Source of the DNA: Octopus sinensis
Lineage: Eukaryota
Length of the DNA: 64,000 nt
Direction of reading: 5' to 3'
Assembly: GCF_006345805.1 (NCBI RefSeq)
Contig: NC_043001.1
Span: 14,384,001 to 14,448,000, forward strand
The notes below the pieces were generated by a model. That model had not been told where the DNA came from. It ran no database searches and was given only the letters and a program-made list of their open reading frames with translations. The position numbers and the translations under genes are program-made. Shown one piece after another: positions 12,819 to 24,288 of the stretch (within the stretch, counting starts at the first letter, position 1; every line of letters begins with the position of its first letter).

Positions 12819-13247
12819 AGAGAGACTGGATGAAAGAGGAAATAAGTGAATCACTGAGATGAATCGCAGGAACAGAAGAGAATTTTAACAATGCCACCCA
12901 GAAATGGTGTCACAATGGTGATGGCAGTGGTGTATAAGCCGCCACCGCTACCGCTACCACCACCACCATTAGTAGCTAGAGAGGGAAGAAAAGAGAGAGA
13001 GAGAGAACGAGAGGCAGAGGGGAGGTGAGTGGATGGGGAAGAAAAGAGAGGAGGAACGATGTAAGATGTAATGGTTGAGATTTCGGTGAATTGAAGCGAG
13101 TTTAAGAATTTCGGTGCTTCTATTGTTGTTTGTTATTTGGCACTAGGTCAACCCTGAGAGATGCGAAAAAACCTATGATCGAAAGTGTTCCAACCGTGAC
13201 CGTCCTGATTATTTTATAACAAGGACTACATTTTTTGGATGTGTCCT

Positions 13248-13309
13248 AGATAGATAGATAGATAGAGGGAGGGAGGGAGGGAGGGAGAGATAGATAGATA
13301 GATAGATAT

Positions 13310-13369
<60 letters not shown>

Positions 13370-13375
13370 GGAGGG

Positions 13376-13470
<95 letters not shown>
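13248..13470. repeat. (GATA)n/(GACA)n microsatellite
   Basis: Direct inspection. Confidence 0.95.
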
Positions 13471-13471
<1 letters not shown>

Positions 13472-14049
13472 TGTTTCTTTATTAGCCACACAGGACTGCA
13501 CACAGAAAGGACAAATTACGAGGTAGAGCCTTTCTTTTGGGGGTAAAAAAAAGGCGGTTTGGTTTTCGATCAAAAGGGATCGTAAAGGGAAAGAAAGAGG
13601 ACAAAAAAAGGGGGGGATAAAATAAAAATAAAAAAGATAGATAGATATGCATGCTTTAAGGCAGAAGGGTAAGAGTTGAGGAAGAGTTCACTTCTATTTC
13701 TAGCAGGTTGAACGACTGCGTAAAAATAGTGCTATGATGATGAAAAATTACGTAATCTGTCGATTTTCCAATCGAAATCTTTCTTGAAGAAAAACCGAAA
13801 ATGTTTGTAAGATCCTCGATGATTTTTTTTTCTGGTTTTTAATATTTTTTCAATATTTTTGTGCACTTGCTCCTTTAAGCATAGATTTTTTTAAACTTCC
13901 AGCCCACCTCCATCCAACTTATTTGTCATGCCTTTGAAAAAAAAATGATAAAAATTCTTCAGGTTTTCGTTTTAAAAACATCAAAGAATCAGAGAACTGG
14001 CAAAAATTCCATTTTTCAAGATTTTTATTGGTAAATAGAAAGCACTTAA

Positions 14050-14075
14050 ATAGATAGATGGATAGATAGATAGAT

Positions 14076-14165
<90 letters not shown>

Positions 14166-14275
14166 GGATGGATGGATGGATGGATGGATGGATGGAGAGA
14201 GGGAGAGATAGATAGATGGATAGAGAGAGAGAGAGGGATGGATGGATGGATGGATGGAGAGAGAGAGAGAGATAG

Positions 14276-14343
<68 letters not shown>

Positions 14344-14360
14344 GGATGGATGGATACATA
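14050..14360. repeat. (GATA)n/(GATG)n microsatellite
   Basis: Direct inspection. Confidence 0.95.
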
Positions 14361-14449
14361 CATATATACATAATACATTTACACATTACACACACACACA
14401 CACACATACAAAAATTACCATGGCCTTCAATCCAGTGCTTTATAAATAT

Positions 14450-15051
14450 ATATTATGCATTAATTGTGTTTTGGTTTTCAAAAGAACGAAAGTAGTATTG
14501 TGTAATCAAATAATGAAAGCAATTAATAAAATATAACCGATGCGTTTTCCAAAGATTTACGATGCCGTTGTTTTAATTTATTAAGGATGAAACTGTAACT
14601 ACCAGAAGTAAACAAAATATGTTCATAGATTGTCGTAGAGATGTATGAACACGAACTGTATTCATCCATTCATTCATTCCGAATGCAATTCAAAACACAG
14701 GAATACCTCAGCTTACGTCGGAAATTGGTTTCAAACACGTGACTTAAGTCGAAAAACGAAGAAGCATTTTTAAACATTTATTAACCAATATCTGTTTTAA
14801 TTAATGGTTTTCAAGTATTTTCATACATATTTTATTTAATTTTCTACTTCACTAGTAGTTTTTATAAAAACGTTTATGCTTTTAAATATATTCGCTCAAA
14901 ACCGTGGTCGAATAAGTCGACTGAAGTTGGAGTCTATTTTCCATTAATTTCTTTAAAATAAAAACGACGTAAATTAGAAAAAAGACGTAACTCGAAACAA
15001 CGTAATATAGATAGAAAAACTAGAAACGACGTAAGATGAGGTGACCCTGTA
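14450..15051. mobile_element. Possible right end of a Tc1/mariner-type element
   Basis: Ends GAGGTGACCCTG|TA (CAGGGT-type TIR plus TA); matching left TIR not found, left boundary approximate. Confidence 0.4.
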
Positions 15052-15608
15052 TATTTATATATTCACACCAAACAATACTTTATTTATATCGTAAACGGAT
15101 ACGTTTTTTTAAAAATAGAAAGCAATTGAAAATCACAAAAGTCTAATTTAAGAGAAAATAAAAGAAATTACGCTCAATTCTGATATTCAAAACAAAAATC
15201 TCAAAACGGGTTTTTAGGGCAAAATAATAATTTTTAAAAAAATGTTAAAGGAGGGGTGAGGTTTAAAGAAAAAGACTGCATACTTGAACATAATTGTTCT
15301 TTTCCTGTCTATAAAGGAAATAGGTTCTGTGAAAAACCGAAAGAATTTTCAAAGAATATTACACAATCAGTAAGATATTCCACCGTTGTTGATGTCTTGA
15401 ACAAGACCATTGATCAATGACGATCTAGTATTATGTAAATATGATATTATATAAATAGATACAGACTATCGTCTTGTATAATATCCTCAACCACTAACCA
15501 TTGTACAACGTGTTCCTTCTGTTTATTTAACATGTGATGTGATTTAGCATCTATTTCTAACAGGTCCTTTGTGCGACCACATACAGGCTTCTCCGTTTGT
15601 TCATGCAG

Positions 15609-16220
15609 TTCTTTGTTTAGCCCCAGGTCAGCCCTACCCCCTTAAACGCATTAAAGACGCATTTTTCCCCCAGGCATTAGGCATCTGGAATTAATTTAAC
15701 CACTCCGCCCTCCTCTTTTAATACAGTAATACCTAATCTGAGAGCTGTTTGGCTGTTATTTCTACCATGTCATGTAACCACATAGAGGATCCTCTGTATA
15801 TTTATAGATTTCTTTGTTTAGCCCCCGGTCAGCCCTGCACCAGCGAACCTATTTATAATCAAACGCATTTAAGACGCATTTTTTCCCCCAGGCATTAGGC
15901 ATCTGGAATTAATTTAACCACTCTGCCCTTCACTTTTAATACAGTAATACCTAATCTGAGAGCTGTTTGGCTGTTATTTCTACCATGTCATGTGACCACG
16001 TAGAGGATCCTCTGTATATTTATGGATTTCTTTGTTTAGCCCCCGGTCGGCCCTGCACCAGCGAACCTGTAATGAAAGGCATTTTTAGACGTAACCAGTT
16101 TTTCCCCCAGAGATAATGCCTCTAGAATTACATCAACCACAATGCCTTCCTCTTTTAATACAGTAATATCTTATATGAAAGAATGTTTGGCTGTTATTTC
16201 TAGCAAATCAAGCGACCACA
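15609..16220. repeat. Three tandem about 200-218-bp copies of an unclassified dispersed repeat
   Basis: TTCTTTGTTTAGCCCC at 15609, 15810, 16028; the TTTGGCTG(C/T)TATTTCTAGC motif also occurs near 13690, 35895 and reversed near 35540, 37510, 62055. Confidence 0.75.
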
Positions 16221-16227
16221 AATTTCA

Positions 16228-16442
16228 TCTCTTTACTCTTTTACTTGTTTCAGTCATTTGACTGCGGCCATGCTGGAGCATCGCCTTTAATCGAGCAACT
16301 CGACCCCGGGACTTATTCTTTTTGTAAGCCCAGTACTTATTCTATCGGTCTCTTTTGCCGAACCGCTAAGTAACGGGGACATAAACACACCAGCATCGGT
16401 TGTCAAGCAATGCTAGGGGGACAAACACAGACACACAAATAA

Positions 16443-16521
<79 letters not shown>

Positions 16522-16532
16522 ATATATATATA

Positions 16533-16575
<43 letters not shown>

Positions 16576-16721
16576 TACGACAGGCTTCTTTCAGTTTCCG
16601 TCTACCAAACCCACTCACAAGGCATTGGTCGGCCCGGGGCTATAGCAGAAGACACTTGCCCAAGATGCCACGCAGTGGGACTGAACCCGGAACCATGTGG
16701 TTGGTTAGCAAGCTACTTACC
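16228..16721 (-). mobile_element. SINE-B with expanded internal (TA)n
   Basis: Family match on the minus strand. Confidence 0.9.
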
Positions 16722-17357
16722 ATTAACTTATCGTTAATAAATATTAACTTATGACCATTCTGGTTTATTTTCGTCTTTTAAAAGAAAAATGACTGGCGTT
16801 GGATTTGGTTTTGTTTTCATTAATGCATTTAAGAGGGTCGACAGAAACAGCAAATAGAATGACATGCAACATTTTGGCTGCAACGTTCTGAGTTCGAATC
16901 TCGCCCAGGTTGGCTTCGCCTTTCATCCTTTCGAGATCGATAAAATTTGTACTATTCAAGTGCAGTGATCGATGAAATCGATTATATTCCTCCCTGCGAT
17001 TTTCTGACCATGTGTGAATATTAGAAATCGTTACTTGCAGCATCAGCAGCAGCAGCAACAGCAGTAGTAGTAGTAGTAATAGTTTTGGTGGTTGTAGTAG
17101 TAGCGGTAATAGTGGTAGTGGTGTTGGTGGTGGAGTAGAAGTTGTAGTAGTATAGATATCAGAAAATGGCAGGAACAGTAGGCCAATACATCAAATATAT
17201 TATTTGCAGTAGTTTAATTTTGCCTTTTTACGTTCCGAGTTCGAATCCAACCTAGGTCGATCTTCACCCTTCCTAGGTCAATTAAATGTGTATCACTCAA
17301 GCACTGGCCTTGATATAATTGCCCATCAATTCCCTCAAATCTTTTTACCATATCATT

Positions 17358-17504
17358 CAGGTGCGATCCCAGGAATTTTTCGAAAGGAGGGAACACAACT
17401 CCGGGAAGAAAAGGGGCGTAATAACATTATTTAGAAGGGCACACTTCTTTCCTTGAGTGGAGCACGTGCCCCTCAGGACCCCCCACCTCTTGGGTCCGTC
17501 CCTG
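17358..17504. mobile_element. Small TIR element (CAGG...CCTG) with 5-bp flanking duplication
   Basis: CAGGTGCGATCCCAGGA / TCTTGGGTCCGTCCCTG; TCATT on both sides; related inverted piece at about 40745-40850. Confidence 0.55.
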
Positions 17505-17642
17505 TCATTGTTGACAAGACAGTGCCTTTTGGCGCTAGAGTAAGGGTTTAGTTAAAGTACTTGGGACCTGGTTCAGACTTCAGCGAGAGAAAATAACATT
17601 TGTATAAGATATCACAGTGGAATAAAACGCAAAACATTTGAC

Positions 17643-17686
<44 letters not shown>

Positions 17687-17924
17687 TGTGTAATGGACTC
17701 TCTCGTCGAAGACAATATATGAATGTTTAGTAAGAAGACAAAAAGCAACTCCAACAACCAAATAGAGACAATCAAAAATACTCTTATATTTCTATTACTA
17801 GCATTCACTGATGTTTATAATTCATTCACTACACCTGGTGACTCCTTATCAGAGTCCTCAGGCCACCAGAAGCAATATAGATATGAGCATGACTGATTAA
17901 ACAAAACACTACATACGTATAGAC

Positions 17925-18005
17925 GTACGTATGTACATACATACATACATACATACATACATACACACACACACATACATACATACATACATGGGTAAAT
18001 GGATG

Positions 18006-18071
<66 letters not shown>

Positions 18072-18441
18072 CAGACAGATAAATAGACAGGGAGAGAGAG
18101 AGAGAGAGACAAATAGAGAGAGAGAGAGATACATACATACATAAATACATACATACATACATACATAAATACATACATACATACATACATACATACATAC
18201 ATAAATACATACATACATATGTGTGTAGATATATATCATCCACCCTTTTCCCCACTGATCCACAAGCTGTAGAGAGAGAGAGAGAAATAGACAGATTGAC
18301 AAATAGAGAGAGAGAGAGATAGATAGATAGATACATACATACATACATATATACATACATACACACATACATATATACATACATAGATATGTGTGTAGAT
18401 ATATATCATCCACCCTTTTCCCCACTGATCCACAAGCTGTA
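17925..18441. repeat. CATA/GATA/GA microsatellite mosaic containing an about 170-bp tandem duplication
   Basis: GATATATATCATCCACCCTTTTCCCCACTGATCCACAAGCTGTA occurs at about 18228 and 18399. Confidence 0.85.
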
Positions 18442-19363
18442 TACCCCCCTATGCTCACCTTCATGTACTCTGAGAGTACATGAAGGGCACACTTCTGCCA
18501 TCTTGTTGTCACCATCTTTATCTTCCTTCCGGGGGGGGGGGTACTCTCACCCACCCTCATACAATGCAGGCTAGTCGAGCATCTCCTCTATAGTAAGGCA
18601 CCTGTGCTTGTCCCCCTATTATTCCTTAACCTTCACCACCTGGCATAAAACTGCCCCCGCCCACCCACTGCTCAAATATACACAACCACCCAGTCGGTGG
18701 TGAATGTTGTTGCTGTTGTTAAGCAACAAGATGGGTAAGGGTGATTAGGTGATGGTCTAGGGCTTAGGGGCGGGAGACCCCAGACCTTGGGAAAAAAAAA
18801 AAACTTTGGTAGTCTTGTTGTAGTCGAGGGCTCTTCGTTGACGCCCGACACCACCGGGAGGTGGTCCTCGAAGTCGCTGGAAATGGAGATCTCCAGGTCC
18901 AAATTCTTGGACGGCGTTGGTGGTGATGGCGGGGAGTGCTTTTTCCTTTCTTTTCATTGTCTCACAATTTATTTGGCAACCTTACTACTGCGAGTGTGGA
19001 GAGAGAAAAAAAAAAACACACACCATTCTTCGTTAAGTGGTTGCGATTAGGAAGAACATCCGACAGCAGAAACCATGGCAAAGCCAACATCAGAGCCTAA
19101 TGCAGTCCAGCAGCTCATCAGATCATGTCAAACTGTCCAACACATGCCAGCATGGAAAACAGATGCTTAAAGATGATGATGATGATGGTGCTGGTGGTGG
19201 TGGTGGTGATGGTAGCATTTATCTTTTGCTTTACTCTTTGGACCAGTATTTCTCAACGTTTTTACCCTTGCATGACCCTTAAAATAAATTACGTCTCAAG
19301 GAAGCCCTGCACAAAAAAAAATATTATATACAATATCTTTCTCATATTTTTCATCGTAGTTCA

Positions 19364-19804
19364 CACAGTGCCGGTGGCACGTAAAAAGCACCATCTATTC
19401 GTGGCCGTTGCCAGCCTCGCCTGGCCCCTGTGCCGGTGGCACATAAAAAGCACCATCCATTCGTGGCCGTTTGCCAGACTCGCCTGGCCCCTGTGCCGGT
19501 GGCACGTAAAAAGCACCATCCATTCGTGGCCGTTGCCAGCCTCGCCTGGCCCCTGTGCCGGTGGCACATAAAAAGCACCATCCAATCGTGGCCGTTTGCC
19601 AGACTCGTCTGGCACCTGTGCCGGTGTCACGTAAAAAGCACCCACTACACTCATAGAGTGGTTGGCATTAGGAAGGGCATCCAGCCGTAGAAACATTGCC
19701 AGATCAAACTGGACCTGGTGCAGCCTTCTGGCTTCCCAGACCCCAGTTGAACCGTCCAACCCATGCTAGCATGGAAAGCGGATGCTAAACGATGATGATG
19801 ATGA
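19364..19804 (+). mobile_element. RTE 3'UTR-derived insertion with alternating 62/63-bp tandem units
   Basis: GTGCCGGTG(G/T)CAC at 19368, 19430, 19493, 19555, 19618, then the RTE terminal stem-loop and (GAT)n. Confidence 0.85.
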
Positions 19805-19848
19805 CAATGATATATATATATGTATGTAAGTATGTATCGCCATGATCA

Positions 19849-20237
19849 ATCGCTAGCCACTAAGGTTTTTTTTTATTCTCTCCCTATTTTTATTTTCTCG
19901 TGTTTCTTTCTGTTGAAGAGCATAGGCTCGAAACAAAAGACTTTCTCACCTTTTCGAGCGTTAAACTAATACACCTGTTTGTTCTTTACACACCTGTCTT
20001 CATCTTGTTTTTGATTTTTTGTAAATTCTAACTACGTATGTACATGTGTGTGTGTGTGTGTGTGTGTACATATATATATAAGGAGAATTCACAAAAATCA
20101 AAAGACGAAGACAGGTGGTGTAGACAATAAACAGATGTATTAGTATAAAGCTCGGGAAGTAAAAAAGTCTTAACATTTCGAGCCTACACTCTTCCACAGA
20201 AAGGAGAGAAAATAAAGAATGTGTAGTGGCTAGCGAT
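19849..20237. mobile_element. Foldback pair of Penelope-like tail fragments around a (TG)n
   Basis: Both arms start ATCGCTAGCCACTA (19849 on +, 20237 on -) and carry GAAGAG-N4-GGCTCGAAA hammerhead-like remnants; Penelope origin is inference. Confidence 0.55.
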
Positions 20238-20290
20238 ATATATATAATATGTATGTATGTATGTACATATATATATATATATATATAGCA

Positions 20291-20699
20291 TGAAATATAT
20301 TTGCCACCTAAATGTGGCAAACTCTTAAGGGTTGATGCTGCTGTAGCTTGTAGCCCCAGGAAGACACATCCTCCAGCTCGCTATTGACACACTTTCTGTG
20401 TTCTATCAGTATTTCCAAAGGGAAGTCATCCTTCCCATCTCCAATTTGACGTGATACACACGGACCCGAGTTTCTGGGTATTGACCCGTCATCAGCATGT
20501 GACAACCACCGGCTGGCGATGTGAAGCGGTTCCCAATGCAAATATCTATACACTTTTTCCAGTGACGAATACTGCAAATACTGATAGGGCGCAGAAAGTG
20601 TGTCAATAGCCAGCTGGAGGAGATGTCTTCCTGGGGCTACAAGCTACAGTAGCATCCAACCTTAGGGGTTAGCTACATTTAGGTGGCAAATATATTTCA
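20291..20699. mobile_element. 409-bp element with 124-bp terminal inverted repeats
   Basis: 20291-20414 is the imperfect reverse complement of 20576-20699 (TGAAATATATTTGCCACCTAAATGT / ACATTTAGGTGGCAAATATATTTCA); no TSD seen. Confidence 0.85.
20457..20501 (-). ncRNA. Minimal type I hammerhead ribozyme motif
   Basis: cacatg CTGATGA cgggt-caat-accca GAAA ctcggg TC cgtgtg: stem I 6 bp (one G-U), intact core, GUC cleavage triplet, stem II 4 bp plus C-A closing mismatch. Confidence 0.75.
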
Positions 20700-20761
20700 C
20701 AATGTCATGCAGCTACTGTTTATACCTCACTCAGAGATTTATTATTGCTTATATATATATG

Positions 20762-21164
20762 CTCTTTTACTTGTTTCAGTCATTTGACTGTGGCCATGAT
20801 GAAGCACTGCCTTTACTCAAGCAAATCGACCCCAGAACTTATTCTTTGTAAGCCTAGTACTTATTCTATTGGTCTCTTTTGCCAAACTGCTAATTTACGG
20901 GGACATAAACACACCAGCATCGGTTATCAAGCAATGTTGTGGGGGGACAAACACAGACACACAAACATATACACACACATACATATACATATATACATAT
21001 ATACGAGCTTCTTTCAGTTTCCGTCTACCAAATCCACTCACAAGGCTTTGGTCGGCCCGAGGCTATAGTAGAAGGCACTTGCCCAAGGTACCACACAGTG
21101 GGACTGAACCCGGAACAATGTGGTTGGTAAGCAAGCTACTTACCACACAGCCACTCCTGCGCCT
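20762..21164 (-). mobile_element. SINE-B, full length
   Basis: Family match on the minus strand. Confidence 0.9.
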
Positions 21165-21361
21165 ATATATAAAAAGATATATATATATAATGGGCTTCTA
21201 CACAGTTTCTGTGAACCAAATTCACTCACAAAGCATTGGTTGAATAAGTTGACCCAGGGTCATAGTAGATGCCATGCAGTGGAACTGAACCCAAAACTGC
21301 ATAATTGCGCACCAAGCTTCTTAACCAGACTGCCATGCCTGCAGCGATAACAGAGCCATAC

Positions 21362-21388
21362 CTGAAGAACACGTCAATATGTGATTAC
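21362..21388 (-). CDS. Candidate 27-bp micro-exon (phase 1-1, xNHILTCSS)
   Basis: aatcttttcag|GTAATCACATATTGACGTGTTCTTCAG|gtatgg; splice signals only. Confidence 0.25.
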
Positions 21389-21906
21389 CTGAAAAGATTA
21401 CGCTCAGTTTGTAAATATACTTTAGCCATTGTGTAAACAGTAATTTCAAATGGAAACAGCCAAGCATTCGATTTCAAGGTGTTGTTGGGTTTATTAACAG
21501 GTGTGCTGCATCTATCTTGTTTGTCTTCACACATAAACAGGTGATAGACACACAGACAATCAGAATGTGATCAATTATCATACCTGTGATTGATCAAATG
21601 CGTGTAACGTTGCAGATGGTCAACACAGAAGGGATTAAAATTCAGATGCTATAAGCCTTACTAACACACGGTGTTGACCAACAAATAAGACCAGCCTTAT
21701 TTTTAGAAGAAGGTGTTTGGCCAGGTGATGAGAGTGTTGCTTTCACAATTGCAAGTTAGTGGTTTCAATTCTTGCCCCAGGTGGTGAGTTGTGTTCTTGA
21801 GCAAAACGCTTTTTTCCACACTGGTCCAGTCCACTCACCTGCAAATGGGTAACTCTGTGATGGAGTGACATCCCGTTCAGGAAGAATGTTGTCATCTCAG
21901 TTTCAT

Positions 21907-21937
<31 letters not shown>

Positions 21938-21999
21938 TAGGAGACCTATTGAGTCAAATACATCAACTTCAAAATAAATATCAAATGAAAATTGTAGTT

Positions 22000-22323
22000 G
22001 TGCCGGTGGCACGTAAAAAGCACCATTCGAATGTGGCCAATGTCAGCGCCGCCTTGACTGGCTTCTGTGCTGGTGGCATGTAAAAAGCACCAACCGATCA
22101 TGGCTGCTTCCAGCCTCCCCTGGCACCTGTGCCGGTGGCACGTAAAAAGCACTCACTACACTCACGGAGTGGTTGGCGTTAGGAAGGGCATCCAGCTGTA
22201 GAAATACTGCCAGATCAGACTGGAGCCTGGTGCAGCCTTCTGGCTTCCCAGACCCTGGTCAAACCATCCAACCCGTGCTAGCACAGAAAACGGACGTTAA
22301 ACAATGATGATGATGATGATGAT
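22000..22323 (+). mobile_element. RTE 3'UTR-derived insertion (3 motif copies)
   Basis: GTG(C/T)...GGTGGCA motif x3, GGAAGGGCATCCAG, (GAT)n tail. Confidence 0.85.
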
Positions 22324-22663
22324 ATAATAGAAATATGTTATAAAAAGAAAATAGAAACTACATGTGGAAATGTTAAGGGAAAGTAAGAAGAAAAATAAGC
22401 GAAAATGCACAATGGAAATAAAAAAAAATAAAGGTTTTTTTATGAAAAGTAACGATAGATATATACAATTAGATGAACTGAGGTAGGAATAAAAGTGATA
22501 AAAGTCATTATTGTGAATTGTTAAAGAGATTTAAAAGCATACTGGTTTCGTAAAATACTACACCGATTAATGAATGGTGTAATATATCATCATCATTATA
22601 TATATATATATATATATAATATATATATATATATGATATATATAACATATAATATATATATGG

Positions 22664-23054
22664 AGGCGTAGGAGTGGCTGTGTGGTAAGTAGCTTGCTTA
22701 CGAACCACATGGTTTCGGGTTCAGTCCCACTGTGTGGCACCTTGGGCAAGTGTCTTCTACTATAGCCTCGGACCGACCAAAGCCTTGTGAGTGGATTTGG
22801 TAGACGGAAACTGAAAGAAGCCCGTCGTATATATATGTATATATATATGTGTGTGTTTGTCCCCCCAACATCGCTTGGCAACCGATGCTGGTGTGTTTAC
22901 GTCCCCGTAACTTAGCGGTTCGGCAAAAAAGAGACCGATAAAATAAGTACTAGGCTTACAAAGAATAAGTCCTGGGGTCGATTTGATCGAGTAAAGGTGG
23001 TGCTCCAGCATGGCCACAGTCACATGACTGAAACAAGTAAAAGAGTAAAAGAGT
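22664..23054 (+). mobile_element. SINE-B, full length
   Basis: Family match. Confidence 0.9.
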
Positions 23055-23507
23055 ATATATACATGATATATATAATTATGATGATGATGGTGATGGTGAC
23101 AACAATGATAATGATAGTGAGGAGGAGGAAGAGGATAATGATGATTATGATCGTTTCCCTTTAGAGCCAGAATGTAGCTGAAATTCTAAAAGCCTCGAGC
23201 AAGACCTACTAAGGATCACAAATGTCACATCTGAGACACTTCTACTTACCACGTAAATAAACATAACACAGCCTAGATTGCATCCATAAGAAAACTCAGT
23301 CAGCTATGCATGACTACATTTCAACAATCTTCAACTATTAGCCAACAGTCGTGGTCTAGTTTCTATCACAATTACGTCAAATTAGAAGAAGGTCAAGTGA
23401 GTGCTGTTGTTTTTAACTGTGTGACCTTGCACTGGAATGTTGAATGTATTGGTGTAGAGTTATTTCAACTAATGCTTGAAAGATAGAAGAATGTCTGGCT
23501 GTGTGGA

Positions 23508-24175
23508 GGTGCAAGTGTTGATGTGTGCTAAGAAGCTTGCTTGCCAACCACGTGGTTCCAGGTTCAGTCCCACTGCATGGAACCTTGGGTGAATTGTCTT
23601 CTACTATAGCCTCAGGCCAACCAAAGCCTTGTGAGTGGTTTTGGTAGACAGAAACTGAAAGAAGCCTGTTGTATATATATATATTTGTTAAAAATGTCCG
23701 ACGAACAGGAACGTGAAACTCCGAGTAACAGCTTTTGTTATATTTCTGCTGCTTTTAAATAAAGCATATTACTCTACCACTGGTATTTGAGTACTCTTTT
23801 TTCCACCTTGTTTCACATTTATGTGCTTACTCCGGTATATATATATATATATATATAATATATATATACACACATACACGTATGTGTGTGTGCATGTGTA
23901 TACATACACACACACACACATGGATGGATGTATGTATGTATATCTTTGTGTTTGTCCCCCACCACCGCTAGACAGCTGGTGGCAGTGTGTTTATGTTTCT
24001 GTAACTTAGTGGTTCAGCAAAAGAGACTGATAGAATAATAAGTACCAGGCTTGAAAAAAAAAGTAAAAGTACTGGGATCAATTCATTTGACTAAAAAGAA
24101 AATATTCTTCATGGCAGTGCCCCAGCATGGCCACATTCTAATGACTGAAACCAATAAAAGATAAAAATAAAAAAT
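23508..24175 (+). mobile_element. Diverged SINE-B with an insertion in its internal (TA)n
   Basis: 5' half 23508-23670 and 3' half 23945-24175 separated by extra sequence. Confidence 0.8.
23684..23835 (+). mobile_element. Penelope-like terminal fragment with a degenerate minimal hammerhead (23695-23730)
   Basis: tgt CCGACGA ac-aggaac-gt GAAA ctc-c-gag TA aca (U4>C), followed by AATAAA and a TACTCT...GAGTAC tail motif shared with 30158-30330 and 60417-60480. Confidence 0.55.
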
Positions 24176-24288
24176 AAAACAGTGTTGTCATAACCTTTTT
24201 AACCAAGCAGAAAAGTGTTGAGATAAAGTATTAAGTCTTTTAATACCAACCTGCCAGAGACTTGGCTGTATAGAACAAGATTCTTGCT

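Noticed and set aside
20406-20606. GIY-YIG endonuclease in the 66-aa minus ORF
   Set aside because: No GIY/YIG motifs; the frame merely overlaps the hammerhead and the TIR.
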